A stretch of 64,000 bases of DNA from a virus. This document shows, one piece after another, positions 14,944-27,858 of this stretch. Location: IMG/VR virus record IMGVR_UViG_3300031251_000002, positions 1-64,000 of that record; one strand, given 5' to 3'. Numbering within the stretch: position 1 is the stretch's first letter; every line of letters begins with the position of its first letter. The notes beneath the pieces are model-generated. The model searched no databases. It was given only the letters and a program-made list of their open reading frames with translations, and was not told the origin of the DNA. Both the position numbers and the translations under genes were made by a program.

Positions 14944-17038
14944 GGTCTCGACGGAGGCCCTGTACGGCGTCCGTCAGCTATACGACAGCCTGACTCCTCA
15001 TGAGAAGGAGCTTGCGATCAAGATCCTTGAGGATATGGATCGCAACAAGAACCCCCAGCTATACAAGACCCTCTGGGAGCTTGACTATGTGCGCCGTCCC
15101 GTCTCAGCCGAGGAGTTCATCAACAGCGAATACTATCTCGGTAAGATATGCCGGAACATCTATCCCCCATGGCGGCGGGATCTGGCCTACGTTCTCGATC
15201 CAAAGAACGAAATCTTTGAGTGGATCTGCACTGGCTCGATTGGTTCAGGGAAAACGAATTCATCCCTGATTGCACAGATGTACAAGCTGTACTTTCTGTC
15301 CTGTATCCGCAAGCCAGCCGAGTTCTTTGGGTTGATGGAGACCACACTGCTGGTGTTCATGTTCTTCTCGCTGACAGCCGAGAAGGCTGAGATGGCAGTC
15401 TCTGGCACGTTCAAGACGATGCTGGAGAAGTCCCCGTACTTCATTGACACCTTTCCCACCCGCAAGTCCAGCCGTCGAATGAAGATCGCTGGGGATAAGA
15501 CCTCCTCAGACCGTGAGTTGCTGTTCCCAAAGGGCATCGCGGTAATCACTGGTTCGCGTATGTCACACGCGCTGTCGTTCTCGGTCTTCTCAGCGGTACT
15601 CGATGAGGTGAACTTCCGCAGCAAGAAGACGATCACCGAAGATCAGGACATGGACAGCGCGGTTCAGGTCTACGAAGAAACCGCTTCGCGTATTCAGTCG
15701 CGTTTCATGGCCAAGGGTGTCATCCCCGGCATTCTCTGTACCGTGTCATCGAAGAAGTCCACGACAGACTTCATTGACCGCCACATCGAGAAGGTGCGCC
15801 ACAGCCCGAACGTCTACATCAGCGACTACAAAATCTGGGACGTTAAGCCAGACCGCATCTACTCCGGTAAGCGCTTCTTCATCAAGCTTGGTGGCAGTCC
15901 AAGCACCTCGTATGTGGTTGATAGCACCTCTGACGAGGATGCGTACTACCGTAAGTATTACGAGGAAGGCTCAGCCGTAGAGGGCAAGCCCAGTGACACG
16001 CTTCTGCCCAAGAGCGTCATGTCCGTGCCAGTGGAATACTACGATCAGTTCATCCGTGACTTCACAAAGAACCTACAGAACCTAGCGGGTGTAGCGACCG
16101 AGCCATTCGGCATGCTGTTCGACAATCCGATGATCCTCAAGAGCAGCTTTGAGACAGGCCGTGCTTCGCCATTCAATACCGATGTGCTGGAAGCTGGCGT
16201 CAAGGGCGGTCAGAAGATCAAGGACTCGTACAACTATCAGGCTGTGACAGTCTGGGATGGCCGGAACCGGATGCCTAAGTTCTATCCCCGTGCCATACGC
16301 TTCGCTCATATCGACTTAGCTAAAGGTGTACGCGACTCGGTTGGTATCTCGGTCGGCTGCATCTCCAAGCTGGTCTGGGTCGAGGTGGTCGATGTGGACG
16401 GATCGGTGGTTCGGGTGCCACGACCTGAGATATTCGTGGACTTCGTGATCAAGATTCGCGCTCCGCGTGGGGACGAGGTGTACTTCGACGAGATCCGTAA
16501 CTTCCTAGGCTGGCTACGTGACTCACTGAACTACAAGCTGGAACTGATCAGCTATGACCAATACAACAGCATTGACTCCCTCCAGCTACTCCAGAAGCAG
16601 AACTTTCAGACGCGCTACCTGTCCGTAGACCGGAATACCCGAGCGTACATGCTGCTCAAGGAGACGATTGTCGAGGATCGCTTGAAGTGCTACGACTACG
16701 CGCCTGTGTACGAGGAGCTACGTAATCTCATCTACGATCAGGTGAAGGACAAGGTTGACCATCCCCAGTTCACCAACCTTGGCTATCGCGGCTCCAAGGA
16801 CGTAGCGGACGCGCTGGCTGGGATGGTTAAGAACTGCCACGACGCACTGACGGACGCGAAGCTGCCCGGTACACGGACCCAGTTTGAGAAGCCGCTGGCA
16901 CCCACCTCGACATATCCGGGATCAACCGGCATTCAGCCGAAGGATGACTTCGCCGTGAACCGCCCAATCATCCGCCGCCCGTTTGAGCCTGAGATTACGC
17001 AGGTTTTTCCGACCACCCCATTCAAGGCCAAGATGTAA
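14912..17038 (+). CDS. terL: terminase large subunit
   Basis: Walker A GSIGSGKT, Walker B AVLDEV, RNase H-like HIDLA...DS, YDQYNS, KVDHP...GSKDVADALAG. Confidence 0.95.
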   Translation: MTSDLLQLKSKVSTEALYGVRQLYDSLTPHEKELAIKILEDMDRNKNPQLYKTLWELDYVRRPVSAEEFINSEYYLGKICRNIYPPWRRDLAYVLDPKNEIFEWICTGSIGSGKTNSSLIAQMYKLYFLSCIRKPAEFFGLMETTLLVFMFFSLTAEKAEMAVSGTFKTMLEKSPYFIDTFPTRKSSRRMKIAGDKTSSDRELLFPKGIAVITGSRMSHALSFSVFSAVLDEVNFRSKKTITEDQDMDSAVQVYEETASRIQSRFMAKGVIPGILCTVSSKKSTTDFIDRHIEKVRHSPNVYISDYKIWDVKPDRIYSGKRFFIKLGGSPSTSYVVDSTSDEDAYYRKYYEEGSAVEGKPSDTLLPKSVMSVPVEYYDQFIRDFTKNLQNLAGVATEPFGMLFDNPMILKSSFETGRASPFNTDVLEAGVKGGQKIKDSYNYQAVTVWDGRNRMPKFYPRAIRFAHIDLAKGVRDSVGISVGCISKLVWVEVVDVDGSVVRVPRPEIFVDFVIKIRAPRGDEVYFDEIRNFLGWLRDSLNYKLELISYDQYNSIDSLQLLQKQNFQTRYLSVDRNTRAYMLLKETIVEDRLKCYDYAPVYEELRNLIYDQVKDKVDHPQFTNLGYRGSKDVADALAGMVKNCHDALTDAKLPGTRTQFEKPLAPTSTYPGSTGIQPKDDFAVNRPIIRRPFEPEITQVFPTTPFKAKM

Positions 17039-17098
17039 AACTCCCTGATTGTGTAGGGAGTTTGGTGATTACTTTGACGCTTTAGGGATTTTGAATAC

Positions 17099-19036
17099 AT
17101 GGCAGAAGATATCAAACTGAATATATTTCAGAAGGGTCTCCTAAAGCTCTTCAAGATGCGTCCGGAGGATCTCCCCGGTCATCGTGAAGGCGAGATGGAG
17201 ATGTCGTGGATTGAGTTCCTACGCTCAGGACTCGATCCATTTACCGGGTACGCGCAGATCAGTCAGGATCGAATCGTTCGCTACAACGATTACGATTTGA
17301 TGGACCAGTACAGCGATATTGCAACCGCGCTGGACATCTACGCTGAGGAGGCTTCACAGCCGGATCCCCGCAAGAAGCGGGTAGTCTGGGTGGACACTGA
17401 GAAGGCTGAGATCAAGGAAGAGGGCCGCAAGTGGCTGGCGATGATCAGCGCCGAGGACCGGGCATTCGCACTGGCGCGTAACGTGGCCAAGTACGGCGAT
17501 ACCTTTGAGTACAACCTGATGAACCAGAACGGTATCTACAACCTTCAGTTCATCCATCCGAGCCGCGTGAACCGTATCGAGTCAGACAAGCTGCTTGGTT
17601 ACCAGTGTGACGAGTTAGCGCGTCTCATGATGCGGACAGGCACACAGCAAGCCCCTGAGGGCCGCTTCTTCACGCCATGGGACTTCCTGCACTTCCGCAT
17701 CGAGGCATATGACCGAGAGACCATCTATGGTCGTAGCCTGATTGAGAACGTTCGCAAGACATGGAAAGAGCTTCAGATCCTTGAGACCATGATCGCTGTC
17801 TTCCGTGTTACCAAGAGCGTTCAGCGTAACGTCTTCATCGTAGACGTTTCCCAGTCCTCGCCACAGGAAGCACAGGGCATCCTTGAGAAGTGGCGGCAGC
17901 ACCTGCGTAAGCAGCAGTTCATTGATCCGGTGACTGGGGATTTCCGTGTTGATGCTCAGGCCATTACCCCGATGGAGGATCTCATCCTCCCCGTTCGTGG
18001 CGAAAACAACAAGACGCGAGTCGAGAAGCTCCAAGCGGATCCGGATATCGGCGCTATCGAGGATCTGCACTACTTCCGCGTCAAGCTCCGCACAGCGCTG
18101 GGTATCCCACAGAGCTACTTTGAACAGTCCTTGGAGAACACGGGCTGGAACAACAAGGAAGCGTTGGTCATGCAGGACCAGCGGTTCAGCCGCAAGATCA
18201 CGCGCATCCAGCGCTCCGTGAAGAGTGGGATGACCCGAGGGTTTGCTATCCACCTGACGCTCAAGGGAATCAAGTGGGAGCCGGGTGACTTCAAGATCGA
18301 GATGGCCCCGGTTAACCAGATCACCGAGCGCCTGAAGGAAGAGTGGTGGCTGCGTCGTGGTGAGCTATTGAATGCGCTGCTTCCAGTAGCCACGGTGGCC
18401 AATTTCGACCAGCAGGAGTGGAATGACCTGATCTGCAAGGAACTGCTCCCCCTTAGCCCGTCTGACCGGAAGAAGCTCCTGACCCCTCCACCCGAGCAGA
18501 TGGCCCAGCAAGCGGCTCTGGCGGGCGCAGGAGCGGCAAAGCCGGGTCAACCCGGAGCCAAGGGCGGTCAGTCTGGTGCGAAGGCTCCTAAGCCCGGTGC
18601 TGGGGGCAAGGTGGGTAAATTCTCAACCTTTGCCGAGCCGGATAAGGCCGAGGACACCATTTCGATGCTTTCGGACTTCTTCGCAGGACGCCCGGATATC
18701 CAGACTAGCGTTCGGTCCATCGTGGAAGGCATGGAGGAGCATCAGCTTTACGAGGTGACCAGCAAGGTCAAGGAGTTGACTGAGATCCGTGAGCTTATGG
18801 CCGAGGAGAAGCAGGTGCTTGAGTCCGATCTGGCTGACCTCAAGGGTGGTCTCAAAGAATCCGACATCAAGGCCATGAAGTCCTTCGCCGCTCCGGAGTT
18901 CAACAAGTTCCCGGTCTCCGTCTTCATGGGCGATAAGCAGATGAGCATCAACGAGAAGGTTGCCAAGCTGGAGAAGCGTGGGACCAACGAAGCGGTAATC
19001 AAGATGGACTATAAGCGGATTGACAGAAAGAGGTAA
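17099..19036 (+). CDS. portal protein, T4 gp20-like
   Basis: RYNDYDLMDQYSDIATALDIYAEEA, RNVAKYGD, RNVFIVDV, EDLILPVR, IEDLHYF...ALGIP; follows terL. Confidence 0.92.
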   Translation: MAEDIKLNIFQKGLLKLFKMRPEDLPGHREGEMEMSWIEFLRSGLDPFTGYAQISQDRIVRYNDYDLMDQYSDIATALDIYAEEASQPDPRKKRVVWVDTEKAEIKEEGRKWLAMISAEDRAFALARNVAKYGDTFEYNLMNQNGIYNLQFIHPSRVNRIESDKLLGYQCDELARLMMRTGTQQAPEGRFFTPWDFLHFRIEAYDRETIYGRSLIENVRKTWKELQILETMIAVFRVTKSVQRNVFIVDVSQSSPQEAQGILEKWRQHLRKQQFIDPVTGDFRVDAQAITPMEDLILPVRGENNKTRVEKLQADPDIGAIEDLHYFRVKLRTALGIPQSYFEQSLENTGWNNKEALVMQDQRFSRKITRIQRSVKSGMTRGFAIHLTLKGIKWEPGDFKIEMAPVNQITERLKEEWWLRRGELLNALLPVATVANFDQQEWNDLICKELLPLSPSDRKKLLTPPPEQMAQQAALAGAGAAKPGQPGAKGGQSGAKAPKPGAGGKVGKFSTFAEPDKAEDTISMLSDFFAGRPDIQTSVRSIVEGMEEHQLYEVTSKVKELTEIRELMAEEKQVLESDLADLKGGLKESDIKAMKSFAAPEFNKFPVSVFMGDKQMSINEKVAKLEKRGTNEAVIKMDYKRIDRKR

Positions 19037-19039
19037 CAG

Positions 19040-19399
19040 GTGCTGCGTCCAGACCTAGTAAACAGAGTAACTGAAATCGTTTGTAAGGATCGTATCCCAA
19101 CGCCAGAAGAGAAGGCGTTGGTTAGGTCCGTAACGTATGCTGTATTCGATGAAATCGTAAATGCCTGTATGCATGGCGATCAGGTCTCCATCTCCGGGTT
19201 CGGCAAGTTCTACCCCAAGATGTCGAAGGCCAAAATCATCAACAACGGAATGCAGAACAATACCAAGTACAAGGTTCCTTCACGGCTCAAGATGAAGTTC
19301 AAGTCCAGTGAGACAGCCGACAGGATCCTAAACGATGGTCTGCAAGGGTACATGCGAGCAGCCGCAAGGCAAGTTGTTGAAGAGGAGGTCGCCAAGTGA
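19040..19399 (+). CDS. HU/IHF family DNA-binding protein
   Basis: GDQVSISGFGKF...VP...MKFKSS. Confidence 0.85.
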   Translation: MLRPDLVNRVTEIVCKDRIPTPEEKALVRSVTYAVFDEIVNACMHGDQVSISGFGKFYPKMSKAKIINNGMQNNTKYKVPSRLKMKFKSSETADRILNDGLQGYMRAAARQVVEEEVAK

Positions 19400-21152
19400 G
19401 TGAGAAGAAGAACGACGCCCTGAATCGGTATACGTTTCTCAAGCCAGAGACTGAGAAGGACGAGCTAACGCCGCTGGCAAAGGCCAAGTCTTTCCTACAG
19501 ATGCTGTGGGAAGGGATCATTCCTCGCGCTGAGTTAACACCCCAGCAGGTGAGAACGAAGACAAAGAACCGCAAGAAGCGGAAGGTTGTCAAAGCCTCAC
19601 GGAAGCGCAATCGTCGGGTGAAATGATGGCGCAGATTGACATTGAGCTTCTGGCGCGGAGAATGGAGAAGGTAATCGTTCAGGCGCTAGATGAGAAGGAC
19701 ATGGCTGCTCGTAAGCGTGGAGTAATCGGTGGGGACAAGTCTCCTCTTGCGATTGAGTTTCGTGGTTGCCTGTCCGCAATGAAGCAATGGGCACAGCAGC
19801 GCAGAGAGTTGGTTCGACAGGGATGAGCTATAACCCGTTGCAGGTATCCAATTACTTCGACATGCGAGTACGGGATTGGTATCCTGTTCCAGAGTCAATC
19901 ACGCTCCAGCTATACGACCACAACTATGGGATCCCGGATGCAGAACCAGAGTGGCACGTATCCTTCCATGTCGAGCATGAGCATCCGTGGGAGGCTCCAT
20001 GGGGCCGACTCGATGGCCCAGACTTCTCGCGGATGCTCTTCAAGATCGCTACAGAACTAGAAGCCAAGTTTGGTGTTAAGTTTCCAAGAAAGAAGGCAGA
20101 ATGAGTAAGGTAAGTATCACTCCTGTTGGTGGACCTGAGGCGACGTTGGAGACCAGCGAGCCAGATGAGATCGTGGAAGGCGTCAAGGAGTGGGAGGATT
20201 CAATCAAGACAGTTCAGCGCGATGCTGATGTTGCTCTGCTTCAGAAGCTCCTAGTCGAGCGTCAAACCGCTTTGGATGCTACTGGCCCCCGCGTTACCCC
20301 GGATCGCAACCCTCTCGGTGCTATGACTCAAAAGGGCTTTGAAGGAGCTATTCAGGCGATCAAGAGCGCTATCGCCGTTCTGACCAACGCACCCTTGGCT
20401 GAGATCAAGTACGAGGGCGATGTCGAGCCAACATGAGAAGCTCTAAGGAGTCCATCCTCGGTTGGTTTTTGATGGGCGTTGCCATTGTAGTGGTGGTAGT
20501 GGGCATAAAGGCTTTCCTTGCTCCGATTCCATCGCCACACTTCAAGCTCGCTCCCAGTGTTCGGGTCATCCAGACTCTGAAGGCGGATGACTTTACGTTG
20601 ACGATCATTCAGGACGACAAGACGGCGCGGCAGTGGATCGTGCTGACCAATGAACACAACATCCTGCTGATGGAGCGTAAGTGGGATCTGGAAACTATTC
20701 TGCCCCTGCTGCCAAAAGAGAAAGATCATGACAACGAGGTTCCGTTCGATGACCCGGCTAAGCGAGGGAAGTCCTTCTGAGATGAGATTTAGCTGGCGTC
20801 TCGCCCTGTTCTGGGGCGTCTACCTGCTGGTTGTCTGCTACTGGTACGTTAAGCTTGTAACCTTTCTTTGGAGCTTCCTATGATTGGTGATTATCCGTCG
20901 AACATGTGGGGTTTCTATCCGCCCTTGTACCCCATGTATCCGTGGTGGACATGGCCATCTTGTGAGACTGGCTGGGTCTGCCCAATCTGTCGCCGCGTCT
21001 ACGCGCCCAGCATGATGATGTGTTCGTATTGCCCGCCTAACACCACGACCGCGACCGGCACCAACGTGACGATTACATGGAATCCAGACAATTTGTCTCC
21101 GTCCACGACTGGCTCTTCCCCGCCCATCAACGGAAATACCGAAACTCGGTGA
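19396..21152 (+). other. train of about 7 small hypothetical ORFs (19396-19626, 19623-19826, 19823-20104, 20101-20436, 20433-20780 membrane-anchored, 20880-21152 with GWVCPICRRVYAP)
   Basis: Tight ATGA/GTGA coupling. Confidence 0.65.
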
Positions 21153-21196
21153 CTTTGTAAAAATCCCGGAGTACGATTCTCTTCAGGAGGGTCGCT

Positions 21197-21712
21197 ATGG
21201 TTGAGTCGGAGTCTCTAGTTGTTGGAACTGTAACACCTGCTGGGAGTGGTTTTCAAAATACCACCGTAAAGGTGTGCATCGAGCATAAGCTTCCTGTCTG
21301 CCACGCCTGTGGCTTCAATGTCATCAAAGTAACAGTGGTTCCTAGCCCGCCTACGTCGGTAACGGTTCCTATGCCCGTAGTCCGTGAGTTTGAGACTGGC
21401 GCGACACGGGATGTTGAAACCGGTAAGTATGACTATGAAGGGTTTCTCTCTCCTCTCGCCATCGAGGCGTTCGGTGCGTACATGCACAAGAATCGCCACC
21501 TCCGCGATGGCTCCCTCCGGGATTCCGACAACTGGCAGAAGGGCATTCCCATCCCTGTGTACATGAAGTCCCTGTGGCGGCACGTACAGACGCTCTGGAA
21601 GGCTCATCGTGGCTGGGGCGGTACAGACGAGGACAGGATCGAAGCCCTCTGCGCGGTTATCTTCAACGCTCAGGGCTACCTGCATGAGCTATTGAAGGCG
21701 AAGCTCAAGTGA
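21197..21712 (+). CDS. dATP/dGTP diphosphohydrolase-like (DUF5664-type) protein
   Basis: REFETGATRD...GKYDY...DNWQKGIP...SLWRH...AVIFNA. Confidence 0.72.
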   Translation: MVESESLVVGTVTPAGSGFQNTTVKVCIEHKLPVCHACGFNVIKVTVVPSPPTSVTVPMPVVREFETGATRDVETGKYDYEGFLSPLAIEAFGAYMHKNRHLRDGSLRDSDNWQKGIPIPVYMKSLWRHVQTLWKAHRGWGGTDEDRIEALCAVIFNAQGYLHELLKAKLK

Positions 21713-24700
21713 TTACGGTCGCCTTCTGTCCGAACTGCAAAGTCTCCTTCAAGGATAAGCTTCAGATGGAGACGGATGACACGGTGTATTGCAAGGTTTG
21801 CGATAGCCGGTTCTATGCGTTTGGTAACATGCTGTGGAATCTGACGTTGATCAGTGCGGCTGTCCATCGGTGGGCTGAGACGGTAATGGGTAAGGTGCGC
21901 TGATGCAGTGTCCAGAGCCTGACTGCGGCAAAGAGGTTCGTCTGCTGGAGACGTTCTCGACTCTTGTTGGCTATCATTCACCTGAAGGCCATAATCATGA
22001 TGGCAACTGTGCGCGAGAATACTGGGCTTGCGAGGACAAGCATCGGTATGTTGCTCATCCCCGCCGTAGCTGTGAAAAGTGCGACTGGCAGGGTGTCAAA
22101 AAGTGCTGGTGCCATTTTGGTGAAAAGTATGAGGGAACCCCTGTCCTGCTTAACCTTAACGACACCAAGTACAAACACGATGCGTGGTTGTTTGAGCGTC
22201 TAGGTTACTAGATTAACAAGGTAAGTATGCTTTGTCCTGATTGTTCAAGTCCTAATCTTAATCGTATGCTGTACGACAAAGACATGATTGAATGCCTTGA
22301 CTGCCATGAGGTCTTCCATGAGGCTGAGTTGTTAACAGATCCAGAGGAGATTGACGATGAAGAGTAACATTGATGATTCTCTGTAAGAACGAGTGGTATT
22401 GGCATGAGTGTGGGGCATATAGCGCTCCGTGTGATGGCAGCAGTGTTCCGTCAAGAACCCCGTCTGTAGCCCCCGAGTGTCCATGTCTTCAGCATGCGGA
22501 ATGGATGTTCCATAGCTGGATGCAGCCGCAAGTTGAAGCCAAGAAGAAGGCTGTTGAAGCGCTTGCCAAGATCCTGCATGAGACGGGCCGCGCTGCGGTG
22601 GAGGCGAACAAGGTCTATCGCAACGATCTCCCGGTAAAGCCATTCTGTGAGTGGGACAACCTGTCTGAAGAGGCCAAGGAAGGCCGTCGCATGATGGCCG
22701 AGGCGTTGGCTCATCACGGGTATGAAGTAGTTCGACTGTTCGATTCAATTTAGGAGGTTCTATGAGTCTATCCATGATCATTTTTCTCGTTTGTGTCCTT
22801 GTGGTTCTGTTTGTTCCATTCCCGCATCTAGGAACGCTGGTTGCTATTGGTGGGCTGTATTGTTTCGTGTCTTTCATCGTTGGCCTCTTCCCGGCGCGCA
22901 AGCAGTAACCAACAAAACGCGGAGGTAACCTGAGATGACACACAATGAAGAACGACCAGATTACTCAGGATCAAGTCCTACAGATGGAGTTAGCTTGTGA
23001 GATGCTGGTAGAGCGGGCGGTCTTCGCTCCCTCTACGATGGCACTCGTACTAAAGTCCTATTGGCGAGCAATGGAAGCTTTACAGCAGCTAGCGTACGCA
23101 AAACCGTTTGAGCCGGATGCCCGGAGGGAAGCTGAGGCTGTCCTACATGATGCAGAGTGGCGGATCCCGCTGTCCGAGGAGATGAATTGAACGACCCTGT
23201 TGACCCTAGTGGTTGTTACTTCTGTCTCAACAAGGCCAGCGTAACGGAGACATTGACCAAGGGCTTTGGTGATTGCCTAGATGGTACAATCGAGGAGTAC
23301 GAAATCCCCGTAGGCTGTCGGTGGCATGAAGGCCAAGTCGAGCGATTCTTGAAAGACTCAGGACTCGCAGGAGAAGACGATGATTAAGATTCCGAACGAC
23401 AAGATGCCCGCGCTGAGTGCGGCCCCGTGGGCTGACGCTGATGGCAAGCCCGGTAAAGCCCGAGGGCTGGTCATCCCCGTTGAGTGTAGCTGCGGGGCGA
23501 CGGATGAGATCACCCTGCATATGTACGAGTACGACGATCAGTCTGAGTTCTACGATACGGCTGCACCTCCCGAGGGCTTCGATGGGGTTGACGCCTACGT
23601 GGAAGAGGTGGACCCTAACTATGACGTAGACGCCCGCACTGACGACGCCGATGTGGATCCGGATGTGGACTTCTGATGATCAGCATTCAGGGCAAGCCCA
23701 CGATCATCGAGAAGTCCTTCTCCGCTTTCTCTGAGGAGAAGGCTGGGATCACGTTCGTCCAGATCCTGCGTGAGCGTAAGCAGGAAGTAATCACTGTCCC
23801 TGTTGTCTGCTCCAAGTGCGGCACTGCTAACAGTATCGAGGTGGAGGGGAAGGTTCGATGACTAGCGATGAAGCTCTGGCTGAGGCAAGAGAAGTCGTAT
23901 CGGACTTCCACGCGGATCCAAGGTATGGATCTGTAACGATTTCAGGTATGGGTCTGACATCCGATGAGTTTGTAGCAAGGCACCATGACTTTCAAATCAA
24001 GAGGTCCGAGGTTCTGGCCGAGCATATTGCTGCGGCTCTCATGCGGGCTACGGGCGACCGCGACTGCCTTGCTTGCCTTGGCCTTGGGTGCGCTGACGGC
24101 ACCGGCTGTGCTGTTGGCGAGGATGATTGCGAAACCTGTCGCGGAACTGGGAAGGTGGCTCGATGAGCGTCGAGACTGATCTTCGTGATGTGGTAACGGA
24201 TACACTGCGGGATGAGTTCGCTGGACAGGCGATGTGTAGCTCGTTTGGCTTGCTGCTCAATGATCCCGTTATGAGCGATCCGGTTAAAGGGTCAGAGATG
24301 CTTGATGGGTTGGCTGTCTGTGCTTATCGAATGGCTGACGCCATGTTGAGAGCGAGACTGAAATGACACAGGAGCGATTCGTATGAAGGACCACAAGCCC
24401 GGTTGCGCGTCACGGTTGAGTTGCACGATGATGCACAGCGATGGGGAATGTCCCGGTTACCCCTGTAATTGTGGCTTCTCTGCCCCGCCCGCTGTTCCTT
24501 CAATTGAGGACTTCAAGCAGAAGAAGGCACAGGAATCCCACTACCGAGGCGATGCCTTCCGGTTCGTGGAGTCCGTGTTCGATGGAGACTCGGTTGGCTT
24601 CACGGAAGAGGATGGCCGGGTTGTCATCGTGGCTAACTGGGAGGATCTTGAAGGTGTCTCGTATACGGTAGCTGATGCTAGACGCTTAGCGTACGCGCTG

Positions 24701-27398
24701 CTGCTAGCCGCCGTTGAAGCCGAGGAGTTCTCGCAGGTGGCGCAGAAATGACCCAGAAGGGCGATATCGTCCTGCGGTTTGGTGGCCATGAGTGGCGATA
24801 CTTCGGTGACGCAACCAACCATCCAAGCTCGATTGTTAACTGCGAGAAGTGTAAACGAATTCAGGTTTGGGATACGTTGGTGTTGATGACTCAGATTGCC
24901 TCCTGCGGCGAACCAGACATCAAGCCGCCTCGCGGTTTTTTCAACAAGTGGGGCGTTCTGATTCGATACGGCGAGTCCTACTGTGGTCAGTGCTTGAGTG
25001 AGTATCACAACTACAGCAAGAACTGTTCTGACATCGGCTACCCGGCTGAGTACAAGGCTTATTTGAAGGCGGGAAACCTATGAACCCCTCGTTGCGGCTG
25101 CGGGTGGATCGGCTCGCACGGATGTCGGCTGAGGCCGGGTGGGATCATCTGCGGTCGAGAGCGATTACTGGGACAACATGGAAGCGAGTCATTGACTTGC
25201 TGGAGCTGACCGGTAGCCCTGAGCCGTTCGTATCCCCGTGTAGTGATGGCTCAGTTCACCTGAACTGGACGAACAATAACGATTCGTTTCTGGTCGAGGT
25301 CTCTGACGGCAAGGTGGATTGGACTATCGTAGAAGGTCGAAGCGTAGTTAGTAACATGACCACAGGCGAATGGCCCGATGACGAAGAGCTTGAGATGAAG
25401 GTCTTGGAAGGTGTAGCAAAATTGTATGAACGGCATTGAAGACTTCTTCCCCATCCTGTACCACGTACTCCTCCTGCTTGTGCCCATGGCACCAGCTTAC
25501 CTGTTCTTCAAGATCCTGCCATCGAGTGCGGCTGCGGAAGGCCCGTTCAAAGGCTTGCAGATAAAGCTGGGTGGAGCGTTTGCTGGCTACTTCGTACTCG
25601 TCCTGCTGAGCCTGTTCGTCAGCGATCCCATCATCAAGGCTAGAGAAGCAGCATGGACTCGGTACGTAGCGGACCTTGAGAAGAACATCTACCAGAGTTG
25701 GCGGGTAACCGGCCATCTGGCAGTCAAGCCCGCTGACCCGAGGTTCGATCCGCAAAGTGTAGTGGTATTCGTACGCCCCCCGGATCTCCACATCCAGCCT
25801 GACGCCCAGCTTCGCTTCGATATACCCATTCTTTTGAAGCCGGATGGCTCCAGCGACCCTCCGATGCTCATCTTTGATGCTCCGGGCTACCAGCCCTCGA
25901 CCGTGACTCTCCTAGAGCCTCCCTCTGGGGCCGGGGGTGGATCCTCCCCGGTACGCCAGCACTTCGATCCAGACAGGCACACGATTGTTCTTGACGACCC
26001 GATTACTTTGACTTCCAAAGCGAATGAACCGGCGTATAATCCCAAGCCATGACTTTCATTGACGTAACCCTTGAGCAAGTCAAACTCTCCCCGAAGGCTC
26101 GCAAGCTTAAGGGCAAGTGGCGCGTTGAGCCGGAACACTTCATGGTGCATGTTAACGGATTGACAGATCCGTACACGATTGAAGTGATCAACCTCAGGAC
26201 CGGCAAGACTCGTCCGTTCAAGCGTGGTCTTTTGGGAGCGCGATGAGTGGGTGGCAGGGATGCCGAGGATGTCGGTACATCTGGCTCATGGGGCCGTTTC
26301 ATCGGCACCTGTGGTGGCGCTTGCATCAGATTGTGGTGACCGGTGATTACCCCAAGACCAACACAAGTTCGTAGGCAGCGTCTCCCGCATAAAGCGGTTG
26401 GCTTTGCTGAAGCCTTACGGGAGGCTACACTCCGGGCGTCAACAACCGAGGATCCGAGAGGAGAAGCTGGCTGCTTGGGAGGAGAAGGAGAAGTTGAGAT
26501 GATTGACGACAAGGAATTCAATTTGGTTAGCCAGTCGGCTCACGCATTCAGCGGAGCCTTCATCGGGTTACTTGGGATGGTGCTGCATCAGTGGTGGATC
26601 CCCGCTGGCTTCGTGGTCTACAGCGCCGTCAAAGAGTTCTGGTACGACGCCAAGTATGAGACGCCCGAGGTTCGTGGTAGCAGCCTTGAGGACTTTCTGG
26701 TGTCTACTGGCGGGGCGGGCATTGGCGTGATTGTGGGGGTGTTACTATGTCGGTAGATCCGAATGATGTGGCCTTTGAGATTGCACGGAAGTGGGCTGGT
26801 CGCATCCACGACGAACACGATAAGGGCGCGGAGCATTACTTCGCGCTGCGAGACATTCTCTGGGCAGCGATTGCGACGTATGGCATGGATAGGTACACGG
26901 CTGGCCGAGAGTCCCGTGAGCTTGAGTTTCAGCAGATGAAGATCAAGGCATTTACTGAAGGTATTAGAACAGCCAATTCACTCATTCCGGAGGTGGGATG
27001 AAACTGATTACACTGCAAATTGATCCAGACGAGTTTCAGGCCATCTGTGACGGCATTGCTGCGATGTCCAAGAAGCGGCAGGAAGGCACGATTACTACGA
27101 TGGCCTTCTGTAACGGGTGTGGCTGCTCGTCTGGTGGGCCGTATTGCACCTCCCTCTGTCAGAAGCTGGCGGAAGCAAAAGAGGCAGCGAAATGAGAGAG
27201 TACGCGGATGCGTGGGCCGAGTGCAGTGCCAACGACCTATGCACTTCCCTCCATCCGCGTCAGAAGAACGGTAGTTACTTTTGTAACAGGCGTGGGCAAC
27301 GCTGGGTGTTGCTGTCTGAAGCGGAGTACCAAGCAGAGATCAAGGAATCAAGAGAATGGCAGGACGGCGATACGTGGAGGCAAGATGCCGCTAGATAA
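21709..27398 (+). other. accessory cluster of more than 20 small ORFs, many with Zn fingers or membrane anchors (e.g. 22370-22753, 23380-23676, 24383-24751, 25080-25439, 25426-26052, 26499-26756)
   Basis: Continuous stop/start overlaps on the + strand; LRDEFAGQAM...AYRMADAML motif at about 24163-24366. Confidence 0.65.
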
Positions 27399-27858
27399 TT
27401 TTGGAATGGTTACCCCGAAGCTGTTTCGTTGTGCCCAGCCCGACCCGGCTGGCATCGCTACATTGAAGGCACTGGGCGTGACGATGATCTACAAGCTCAA
27501 CAGCGATTGGTCCGCTAAGGGCGAGGCTGAGGTGTTAGGTGGCGAGGTTCAGTACGATAGTTCTATCTCGCCGTTCAAGCCCAAGAAGCAAGCGCTCCTG
27601 AACGCGGCTGACCAGCTTCACACGTTTGCCTTGGCCCAGAAGACGGTGGCGTTGCACTGTCTGCACGGGCGAGATCGGACTGGGGCGGTTGCTGCGACAT
27701 TCCGGATCAAGTACGAGTCCAAGCCGTGGCACGAAATCTACGATGACTTCATGACGTACGACACGTTGTTACTCAAGGAAGCCCTGCCCATCGTTGACAT
27801 GGGGATCATCGAAGTCCTCAAGGAAATCTACTTCGACGTTCTCGGGGTGAAGGTGTGA
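27385..27858 (+). CDS. protein tyrosine / dual-specificity phosphatase family
   Basis: NFGMVTPKLFRCAQP; catalytic loop HCLHGRDRTG. Confidence 0.88.
   Translation: MPLDNFGMVTPKLFRCAQPDPAGIATLKALGVTMIYKLNSDWSAKGEAEVLGGEVQYDSSISPFKPKKQALLNAADQLHTFALAQKTVALHCLHGRDRTGAVAATFRIKYESKPWHEIYDDFMTYDTLLLKEALPIVDMGIIEVLKEIYFDVLGVKV

Noticed and set aside
14912-19036. Inteins or introns in the terminase or portal
   Set aside because: No C...HN intein ends, LAGLIDADG motifs or frame interruptions were seen.
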